Part shown: in pieces, positions 1-6,554 of the stretch
Numbering within the stretch: position 1 is the first letter of the stretch
How the letters are laid out: the number at the start of each line of letters is the position of its first letter
Source of the DNA: Archangiaceae bacterium
Lineage (GTDB): Bacteria; Myxococcota; Myxococcia; Myxococcales; Myxococcaceae
NCBI GenBank assembly: GCA_043750125.1
Contig: JAYVCD010000288.1
Coordinates: forward strand, 1 to 10,046
DNA: 10,046 nucleotides
Direction of reading: 5' to 3'
The notes under the pieces: generated by a model
What the model saw: the letters and a program-made list of their open reading frames with translations, nothing else
Told to the model about the DNA's origin: nothing
Database searches by the model: none
Translations under genes and position numbers: made by a program

Positions 1-568
1 TGACGTCGGTGATGTGGTCCGAAGCAATCAGCGACGTCCCCAAAGTCACCACCCGCACCGGCTCGGTCGCGGTGCCGTCCGCCAGCCCGCGCAGGGCCAC
101 GAAAAAGGGGCTGAGCGCGGTCTTCGAACAATCGGGCGTGACGCACGGATCCGCGACGACGGTGTGGGCCGCCTGCGTTCCCTTGATCAACACTTCCCAC
201 CGCTCGGCTTCCTGATCGTTCGAGTGCCGCCCCGACTTTCCATCGGTGAGGTCCATCTCCTCGAAGACCATCACCCGCTCGGCCGGCTCGTTGCCTTCCG
301 CGCCCGCCGGCAGCGGAGGTTCATGCGACCGCTTCGGCCACAGCGCCGCCTGAATCGTCGTCAGCGGAGCCGAGCTCAGTGTTGGAAACGGGCGCAGCCA
401 CAGCGGCACCGGAAGCAGCGACAGGACCAGGCCGGTGAAAATCGTGGCCGCCAGCGTCACCCCCAGCGAATGCAGCACCCAGAAGCTGGGGATTTCGACG
501 ACCTCGGTGTCGCTCGGCAGCGTGAGTCTGACCCGCTTCGCCTGAGTCGGCTTACTCGCCTGGGGCAT
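1..568 (-). CDS. Membrane-anchored SGNH/GDSL-hydrolase-like protein (Ape1/PatB-like O-acetyl esterase/transferase type); runs off the left edge of the window
   Basis: Translated by hand, absent from the ORF track because there is no stop codon in the window. ATG at 568, open for 189 codons: MPQASKPT...WVLHSLGVTLAATIFTGLVLSLLPVPLWL (hydrophobic anchor)...PCVTPDCSKTALSPFFVALRGLADGTATEPVRVVTLGTSLIASDHITDV. The last segment resembles SGNH block I (R-hydrophobic-G-D-S-x-x-A-x-D). It starts 9 nt after the stop of the upstream lipoprotein gene. Confidence 0.72.
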   Translation of the reverse strand, partial: MPQASKPTQAKRVRLTLPSDTEVVEIPSFWVLHSLGVTLAATIFTGLVLSLLPVPLWLRPFPTLSSAPLTTIQAALWPKRSHEPPLPAGAEGNEPAERVMVFEEMDLTDGKSGRHSNDQEAERWEVLIKGTQAAHTVVADPCVTPDCSKTALSPFFVALRGLADGTATEPVRVVTLGTSLIASDHITDV

Positions 569-577
569 GGTGAGGCG

Positions 578-919
578 TCAGCCTTCCGAAGGCTCCATGC
601 ACCGCCCGACGGCTGTGCACTTGTGGTCGACGCACGCATCGTCCCGGTGACAATCGCCGTTGAGCTTGCACGGTCGCGCTTCGCAGCAGCCCGAGTCGCC
701 GCAGACGTTTCCATCGGTGCAGCTCTCGGTCGTACAGCGCGCGCTGCAGCCCGACACGCACCGCACTTCAGCAGGGCCGCAACGCTTTGCCGCCGCTGCC
801 ACTTTCAGGTCGGGGTCGAGGCAGACGAGGGCTTTGCCGCAGTCCGAGTCGCGAAAGCACCTGCCATGGCGGCAAGAGGTCAACGCGAAGAGCAACCCAA
901 AGATGACGACCTTGACCAC
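578..919 (-). CDS. Small cysteine-rich lipoprotein (hypothetical)
   Basis: GTG start with an in-frame TAG just upstream (932-934). Signal peptide MVKVVIFGLLFALTS-C with lipobox LTSC. 16 further Cys in repeated C-x4/5-C-x4/5-C units (CFRDSDC, CTTESC, CKLNGDC). Confidence 0.75.
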   Translation of the reverse strand: MVKVVIFGLLFALTSCRHGRCFRDSDCGKALVCLDPDLKVAAAAKRCGPAEVRCVSGCSARCTTESCTDGNVCGDSGCCEARPCKLNGDCHRDDACVDHKCTAVGRCMEPSEG

Positions 920-938
920 TGCGCGCGCATCCTACGGT

Positions 939-1976
939 ATGTCGCCGAAGATGCATCAGTCCCAGAGCGCACTGCCGGCGAGCCTGCTGCGCTGGTTCGA
1001 TCGTGTTCAGCGCGATCTGCCCTGGCGGCGAACGAAGGACCCCTACGCGATCTGGATTTCTGAAGTGATGCTGCAGCAGACCCAGGTCACGACGGTGATT
1101 CCGTACTTCGAGCGCTTCCTGGCGAAGTTCCCCACCCTCACCGCGCTGGCCCAGGCTTCCCCCAGCGACGTGCTCTCGAAGTGGAGCGGCCTGGGCTACT
1201 ACTCGCGTGCCCGCAACCTCCACAAGGCCGCGCAGGTCGTGCTCGCCCAGCACGAAGGCGCCCTGCCCGCATCGGTCGAAGCGCTGCTCGAGCTTCCCGG
1301 GTTTGGTCGGTACACCGCCGGCGCGGTCGCGTCGATCGCATTTGGAATTCAAGCGCCGCTGGTCGACGGCAACGTCTCTCGCGTGCTCACCCGTCTGTTC
1401 GCGGTGGACGAAGAGCCGCGCGAAAAGAAGATCTGGCAGCTGGCGACCCAGCTCGTACCCGCGCTGCGTCCCGGCGACTTCAACCAGGCGCTGATGGAAC
1501 TCGGAGCGACCGTCTGTCTTCCCCGCGCCCCCCTGTGCCTGCTGTGCCCGGTGCGAGGCGATTGCCAGGCGCTGGCTCAAGGGCGCGTCGACCAGCTGCC
1601 TTTGCCGAAGGTACGGGCCGCGCGAAAGGCGTTGAACCTTTCGGTCGCGGTCTGTCGACGGGGGCACAAGCTGCTGGTGATGAGACGCGACGACGGGGGG
1701 CTCTTCGGTGGGTTGTGGGAATTGCCTTCCGCCGCACCCGAGGCCTTGCCTTCCCTGCTCGGAAAAAAGGGCATCATCGGTTCCAGCCTCGGCTGCGTCA
1801 CCCGCACGCTGACCCATCGCGCGTTGACCCTCGAGCTGTGGTCCGCGAAGGCCGGCCCCGCGCTGCAAGTGCCCCCCGGGTATCAAGAGCAGCGGTGGGT
1901 CACGTGCGCCCAGCTGCTCGAGCTGGGAATCAGCTCGGCCACCCGCGCAGTGTTGAAGCACCTCGCCTTCACCTGA
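939..1976 (+). CDS. mutY: A/G-specific adenine DNA glycosylase MutY
   Basis: RDLPWR, WISEVMLQQT (catalytic Glu), WSGLGYYSRARNL, HhH motif LPGFGRYTAGA, VDGNV (catalytic Asp), 4Fe-4S motif CLPRAPLCLLCPVRGDC and a C-terminal Nudix-like domain (GLFGGLWELP, LTHR). The real start is ATG 939 or ATG 951; the ORF-track start at 660 overlaps the opposite-strand lipoprotein. Confidence 0.96.
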   Translation: MSPKMHQSQSALPASLLRWFDRVQRDLPWRRTKDPYAIWISEVMLQQTQVTTVIPYFERFLAKFPTLTALAQASPSDVLSKWSGLGYYSRARNLHKAAQVVLAQHEGALPASVEALLELPGFGRYTAGAVASIAFGIQAPLVDGNVSRVLTRLFAVDEEPREKKIWQLATQLVPALRPGDFNQALMELGATVCLPRAPLCLLCPVRGDCQALAQGRVDQLPLPKVRAARKALNLSVAVCRRGHKLLVMRRDDGGLFGGLWELPSAAPEALPSLLGKKGIIGSSLGCVTRTLTHRALTLELWSAKAGPALQVPPGYQEQRWVTCAQLLELGISSATRAVLKHLAFT

Positions 1977-2001
1977 AAAAGTGACCACTGCAGTGGGCAA
2001 C

Positions 2002-2025
2002 TGGTGGGGGTAGGCGCCCCCACCA
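2002..2025. terminator. GC-rich hairpin downstream of mutY (possible terminator or RNA-stabilising stem)
   Basis: TGGTGGGGG (2002-2010), loop TAGGCG, CCCCCACCA (2017-2025): perfect 9-bp stem 25 nt after the mutY stop. There is no U-tract, so it is not a canonical intrinsic terminator. Confidence 0.45.
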
Positions 2026-2092
2026 AGTCCCCTGAATTGCTCTGGTGTTGATCCAAGTGACCTTTGTTGTTCGCGTATTTTCGCGCCGCGGG

Positions 2093-2108
2093 TGGAGACA
2101 CGATTGCA
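2093..2108 (+). promoter_or_regulatory. Candidate sigma54 (-24/-12) promoter for the DUF1592/DUF1552 operon
   Basis: TGGAGACACGATTGCA: GG (2094-2095), exactly 10 nt, then GC (2106-2107) within a perfect TTGCA box. The CACG after GG is not matched. Confidence 0.45.
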
Positions 2109-2120
2109 CACCGCCCAGAC

Positions 2121-4169
2121 ATGATGCGCCCTTGCCTCGTCGCGGTTGCACTGACGCTCACCGCTTGTGAGGGCACGATTGGTCTTCCCGACCGCGCCGG
2201 CGTTCCCCTGCCGGGCCACCCGGTCGACTCCGAGATGACCGGCACCGTGGGCGACCCGCTCGCATGCGCCACGACTCCTCTCGATGTCGGCCGCCCGACG
2301 ATTCGCCGCCTCAACCGCGCCGAGTACAACAACACCGTTCGCGACCTGCTCGATGACACCACCCGCCCCGCCGATGATTTTCCCGCCGATGACTTCGGGC
2401 GCGGCTTCGACAACAACGGAGACGTCCTCTCGACCGCGCCTTTGCTCGTCGAGAAGTACGAAGCGGCGGCCGGCAAGTTGGCGCGTGCAGCGCTTGCCGC
2501 CGAGCTGACCGGCGCAGTCACGGTTCATGTCGAGGCCGAGGCCGCGGCCACTTCGACCGGGGCCCTGTTCGAGGTCACCTCGTGGAACCTGTACACGAAC
2601 GGCACCGTGTCGACTGCGCCCCTGGTCCTTGCCGCCGGACAGTACACGCTCGCGGCGAGGGTCCTGGGCCAACAGGCGGGGCCCGACCCGGTGAAGATGG
2701 CGCTGCTGCTCGATGGGGTTCAGGTCGCGACCTTCGATGTCACCAACACGGTGATGCAGACCTTCAGCAAGCAAGTGACGGTGGCCCAGGGCAACCACGT
2801 CTTCGCAGTCGCGTTTCTCAACGACTTCTTTCTCAACGGCCTCGACCGGAACCTGATCGTCGACTGGTTGGAAGTCACCCGTCCTGGAACGGTGAGCTCG
2901 GGCCGCGTGCTCAGCTGCGATCCGAGCAGCGGGGCCGCCTGCGTGAAGCAGATCGTAGCGGGCTTCGGACGCAAGGCCTGGCGTCGGCCGCTGACCCCCG
3001 CAGAAGTCGACAAGCTGGTCGCGTTGGTCGCCGTCGCGACGCAGGCCGGTGACCCGGTGCAGACCGGGCTCGAGCTTGCGCTTCAGGCCGTTCTGCTCTC
3101 GCCGCACTTTTTGTTCCGGGTCGAGCTCGATCCCAACCCCGCCTCGCTCGTCGCCCACAAAGTCTCGGACTACGAGCTCGCCGCGCGGCTTTCCTATTTC
3201 CTGTGGTCCAGCACGCCCGATGACGTTCTGGCGGCGGAAGCGAGCGCAGGCACGCTGGCCGCGAACCTCGAGGCGCAGACCCGCCGGATGCTCAAAGATC
3301 CGAAGGCTCAAGCCCTGGTGACGCAGTTTGCCGGCAGCTGGCTGGGCAGCCGGGCGGTGGAAGACACCACTCCCTCGGGCGCGCTGTTCCCGACGGTGAC
3401 CGCCGCCTTGAAGAAGTCGATGCGCTCTCAGATCGACCGTTTTTTCCAGACCTTCCTCGATGAAGATCGCAGCACGCTCGAGCTGCTGGGCTCCGACTTC
3501 GCTTATCTCGATGATTCGCTCGCGACCCACTACGGCTTGCCGAAGCCGGGCACGTCGACGCTCAGTCGCGTCACCGTCACCCAGCCCGAGCGGGGGTCGA
3601 TTCTGGGTCACGCCGGAGTGCTGACGCTCACCTCGCACGCCAGCCGCACGTCTCCGGTGCTGCGTGGCAAATGGGTCCTGGGGCGTCTGCTGTGTGAAGA
3701 GCCGCCTCCCCCGCCCCCGGGCGTCACCGCGCTCAAGCCCGAGGCGAATCCCAACGCGTCCCTGCGCCAACAGATGGAAGCGCATCGCGCCAACCCCGCC
3801 TGCGCCGCGTGTCACAAGGTGATGGATCCGATTGGTTTTGGAATGGAAAATTTCGATGCGGTGGGTCGCACCCGCACCCTCGATGACCTCGGCTTCGCGG
3901 TCGATTCGAGCGGAAAGCTTCCCGACGGCCGGTCGTTCAACGGACTGGCGCAGCTTTCCCAGACGATCAAACAAGACGAGAAGCTGCCCACCTGCATCAG
4001 CCAGGAGCTGTTCGTCTTCGGGCTGGGCCGAGACAACTCGAAGGCCGACGCCTGCATGCTGCGCGACATTTCCAACACCTTCAAAGCGAAGGGCTACCGG
4101 CTGCCGGAACTCGTCGTCGGCCTGGTTCAGAGCCCGGCTTTCACCCTGCGTCGCGGAGAAACTCCATGA
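2121..4169 (+). CDS. DUF1592-family lipoprotein (DUF1587/DUF1595/DUF1592/DUF1588/DUF1585 architecture) with a CxxCH motif and an inserted CBM60-like domain
   Basis: ATG 2121 or 2124, signal peptide with lipobox LTAC. Family motifs RRLNRAEYNNTVRDLL, AWRRPLT, LLSPHFLFRVE, DYELAARLSYFLWSSTPD, RGSILG...TSPVLRGKWV, CAACH (3801-3815), DPIGFGMENFDAVGR. Beta-rich insert at about 2517-2888 ending AFLNDF...DRNLIVDWLEV. Confidence 0.92.
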   Translation: MMRPCLVAVALTLTACEGTIGLPDRAGVPLPGHPVDSEMTGTVGDPLACATTPLDVGRPTIRRLNRAEYNNTVRDLLDDTTRPADDFPADDFGRGFDNNGDVLSTAPLLVEKYEAAAGKLARAALAAELTGAVTVHVEAEAAATSTGALFEVTSWNLYTNGTVSTAPLVLAAGQYTLAARVLGQQAGPDPVKMALLLDGVQVATFDVTNTVMQTFSKQVTVAQGNHVFAVAFLNDFFLNGLDRNLIVDWLEVTRPGTVSSGRVLSCDPSSGAACVKQIVAGFGRKAWRRPLTPAEVDKLVALVAVATQAGDPVQTGLELALQAVLLSPHFLFRVELDPNPASLVAHKVSDYELAARLSYFLWSSTPDDVLAAEASAGTLAANLEAQTRRMLKDPKAQALVTQFAGSWLGSRAVEDTTPSGALFPTVTAALKKSMRSQIDRFFQTFLDEDRSTLELLGSDFAYLDDSLATHYGLPKPGTSTLSRVTVTQPERGSILGHAGVLTLTSHASRTSPVLRGKWVLGRLLCEEPPPPPPGVTALKPEANPNASLRQQMEAHRANPACAACHKVMDPIGFGMENFDAVGRTRTLDDLGFAVDSSGKLPDGRSFNGLAQLSQTIKQDEKLPTCISQELFVFGLGRDNSKADACMLRDISNTFKAKGYRLPELVVGLVQSPAFTLRRGETP

Positions 4170-5506
4170 AGAAGTGGGAGCTGTCACGCAGAACGCTGCT
4201 GCGCGGAACGGGCACCCTGCTCGCCTTGCCGCTTCTCGACGCGATGCTGCCTGCATTCGCCCGAGCCGACGTCGCTGGAACCCCGAGGCGACTGGTGGCC
4301 TTCTACACCGCCTGCGGCATTCGAATGTCCTCCTGGACCCCGGCGGCGACCGGAGCCAACTGGGCGCTGACTCCGATTCTCAACGGGCTGGGTCCGATCA
4401 ACGCTCTGCCTTCGGTGAAGGACGACGTGTTGGTCCTCACCGGCCTGGCCAACCGCCCAGCACAGCCTGACGGCCCCGGCGACCACGCCTCGGGCACCGG
4501 CGCTTTCTTGACCGCCTCTCACCCGTTCAAGACCAACGCGAGCAACATCCGCAACGGAATCTCGATGGACCAGGCGGCGGCGAACACCCTCAAGGCATTC
4601 ACCCGTTTTCCTTCGCTCGAGCTGGGAATCAACGCCGGCGGCAACTCGGGCGACTGCGACTCGGGCTACTCGTGCGCCTACGCGAACAACATTTCCTGGG
4701 CCAGCTCGACCCAGCCATTGGCCAAAGAGACCAACCCCCAGTCGGTCTTTGATCGCCTCTTCGGCGCTGTGGATCCCAACCAGACGCTGGCCGCGGTCGC
4801 CAAGCGCAAGAAGTACAAACAGTCGGTGCTCGATTCGGTCAAGGACGACGCGGCCACCCTGAAGAGCAAGCTCGGCACCACCGACAAGCGGAAGATCGAA
4901 GAGTTCAGCACCGGGCTGCGCGAGCTCGAGGTTCGGATTCAGAGCGAACAGCCCACGTCCTGCCAGCCCGGCGCCCGCCCCGGCGGCGCAACAGACCTTC
5001 GGGCCAAGACGACCCAGATGCTCGACTTGATCGCGTTTGCCTTCCAGTGCGACCTGACCCGCGTCGCGACGTTCATGCTTCAGAACGCCGGCTCGAACTA
5101 CGTCTACGACTTCCTCGGCCTCAGTGATGGCCACCACGAACTGTCGCACCACGCTGGAAACGTCGCGAAGCTCGCCGGCCTCGAGAAGATCGGGGCCTGG
5201 GAAATCGAGCAGTACGCCTACTTGCTGCGCAAGCTGAAGGCGATTCCGGAAGCGGGCAGCACGGTCCTCGACAACTCGCTGGTGTTCTTCTCGAGCGAGA
5301 TCGAAGACGGCGATTCGCACAGCCACTTCAACATGCCGATCCTCGTCGGCGGTCGGGCCGGCGGAAACTTCACTCCCGGTCGGCACGTGCGCTACGCGAA
5401 CGCCCCGAGCGTCGGCAACCTCTTTCAGTCGATGCTCACCGCGACCGGAGTTCCTTCGACCAGCTTCGGCGACAGCACCGGCCCTCTCGAACAGGTCAAG
5501 GTCTAG
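4166..5506 (+). CDS. DUF1552 (HxxSHH) family protein with Tat signal peptide
   Basis: ATGA overlap with the upstream gene and GGAG 7 nt before ATG. Twin-arginine SRRTLL, LALPLLDAM, GISMDQ, CDSGYSCAY, AFQCDLTRVAT, HHELSHH (5132-5152), H-S-H-x-N-M-P. This is the usual partner of DUF1592 proteins. Confidence 0.93.
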   Translation: MKKWELSRRTLLRGTGTLLALPLLDAMLPAFARADVAGTPRRLVAFYTACGIRMSSWTPAATGANWALTPILNGLGPINALPSVKDDVLVLTGLANRPAQPDGPGDHASGTGAFLTASHPFKTNASNIRNGISMDQAAANTLKAFTRFPSLELGINAGGNSGDCDSGYSCAYANNISWASSTQPLAKETNPQSVFDRLFGAVDPNQTLAAVAKRKKYKQSVLDSVKDDAATLKSKLGTTDKRKIEEFSTGLRELEVRIQSEQPTSCQPGARPGGATDLRAKTTQMLDLIAFAFQCDLTRVATFMLQNAGSNYVYDFLGLSDGHHELSHHAGNVAKLAGLEKIGAWEIEQYAYLLRKLKAIPEAGSTVLDNSLVFFSSEIEDGDSHSHFNMPILVGGRAGGNFTPGRHVRYANAPSVGNLFQSMLTATGVPSTSFGDSTGPLEQVKV

Positions 5507-6512
5507 CCAACGCCCTGAGCCGCTGCTGGGCCTGCGCCACCTCGCTGAGAATCCGCTCCGCATTCGGCACCGAGTGCGTTGCCAGGCCGCACGCCGCGGT
5601 GAGGATCAACCCCGGTAAAGGTCTGGGGCTCGCCGCGCGCAACGAGACCTCGACCGAGTCCACCAGCTCGGATACCAAATAGGTCGCCGAGGCTTCGGTG
5701 GGAATGATTCCCAGCGCGAGGATCGCTCCAGACGCAATGAACTCGAGATAGGCGGTCCTCTCTTCCAGCACCGCATCGAGAGACAATCTCGCGTCGATCG
5801 AGAGGATGTCGAGGCCTGAGCGCAGCAGCGTGGCCCAGTCGGTGTTGCCGCAGCAGTGAATTCCCACCAGCGCTCCGGCTTGCTGAACCGCGCCGATCAG
5901 CCTCTTCAAATCTTCAATCGCCTGTTGAGGCGTCGGGTCGGCCGGGTCCAGCAAGACCAGCCCGGGCTCATCGAGAAAGAGGATTGGAGTCGCGTTCGTC
6001 CTCCGTACCGCGCCCACCATCGCCAATGACCGGGCCCACACCAGTCGGAAGATCTGTTGATCGAGCTCCGCGCGCTCGCCCTTCGTCAGCGCACCCGAGG
6101 GCTGCGCAAACCCGCGCGCCGTGACCGGCCCCACGATTTGAACCTTGGCGAACGAAGACTTCCCGCCCTTCACCGCACGCAAGAACGGCTCGAAGCACGC
6201 GTGCGCAGCGGGCTCGAGCTTCGACAGGTCTGCTGACGACAGGCCGGCCTCGACCGCAGCGCAGAATGCGTCCCGACCCTCGCGCCAGACTTCAACCTCG
6301 ATCTTCCCGTCGCATCGCAGTCCCGGCAAACCCTCGAGGCCGGCGGCGATCATCCCCTCCGATCTGCTGAGTGCCGGAAGCTGGGGCAAGAACGGAATCT
6401 CGTGCGCGAAAGAGAGTGCCAGCGCAGCCGCCACGTCCGTATGGGGCAGGCTGCCAATCCCCGTATTCGCCGCATAGGGCAGCAGCTGAAGCAGCGATCG
6501 CACCGACACCAT
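5496..6512 (-). CDS. Single-domain cobalamin-independent methionine-synthase-like (core MetE/CIMS-like) Zn protein
   Basis: ATG 6512 (MVSVRSLL...). Motifs TGIGSLPH, PFLPQLP, KVQIVGPVT, DEPGL, HCCGNTDW (5850-5858 for HCC), SID, GIIPT, TAACGL. 338 aa. The 609-aa ORF-track call is an antisense extension over the neighbouring gene. Confidence 0.8.
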   Translation of the reverse strand: MVSVRSLLQLLPYAANTGIGSLPHTDVAAALALSFAHEIPFLPQLPALSRSEGMIAAGLEGLPGLRCDGKIEVEVWREGRDAFCAAVEAGLSSADLSKLEPAAHACFEPFLRAVKGGKSSFAKVQIVGPVTARGFAQPSGALTKGERAELDQQIFRLVWARSLAMVGAVRRTNATPILFLDEPGLVLLDPADPTPQQAIEDLKRLIGAVQQAGALVGIHCCGNTDWATLLRSGLDILSIDARLSLDAVLEERTAYLEFIASGAILALGIIPTEASATYLVSELVDSVEVSLRAASPRPLPGLILTAACGLATHSVPNAERILSEVAQAQQRLRALARP

Positions 6513-6519
6513 GGGCCTG

Positions 6520-6525
6520 AGCCTA
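6520..6525 (-). promoter_or_regulatory. Candidate -10 element (TAGGCT) 7 nt before the ATG of the MetE-like gene
   Basis: Minus strand reads TAGGCT-caggccc-ATG, with no SD-like sequence in between. No recognisable -35. Confidence 0.5.
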
Positions 6526-6554
6526 GACCGCGCTCGGCTCGCCCTGACCGCGGG

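Noticed and set aside
660-938. N-terminal extension of MutY in the ORF track
   Set aside because: It overlaps the opposite-strand lipoprotein gene, and MutY similarity begins only after 939-951.
14-1063. 349-aa plus-strand ORF
   Set aside because: Arg-rich, motif-free shadow of the two minus-strand genes.
1809-1820. MutY LTHR in place of the FSH oxoG-recognition loop
   Set aside because: The His is retained and (F/L)-(S/T)-H variants are common, so it does not indicate altered function.
3701-3720. C-rich run encoding six prolines in the DUF1592 protein
   Set aside because: A poly-Pro stretch after the LRG.WV...LC motif is usual in this family. The frame is intact, so there is no sign of a phase-variable tract.
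768-4256. 1162-aa minus-strand ORF spanning mutY and the DUF1592 gene
   Set aside because: Antisense shadow. mutY and the DUF1592 gene share a frame, and GC-rich codon usage suppresses stops on the mirrored frame. The translation has no recognisable motifs.
4184-5563. 459-aa minus-strand ORF, and likewise 8633-9892 (-), 9061-9840 (+) and 7393-8100 (+)
   Set aside because: They overlap well-supported genes on the opposite strand or in another frame and show no protein-family features.
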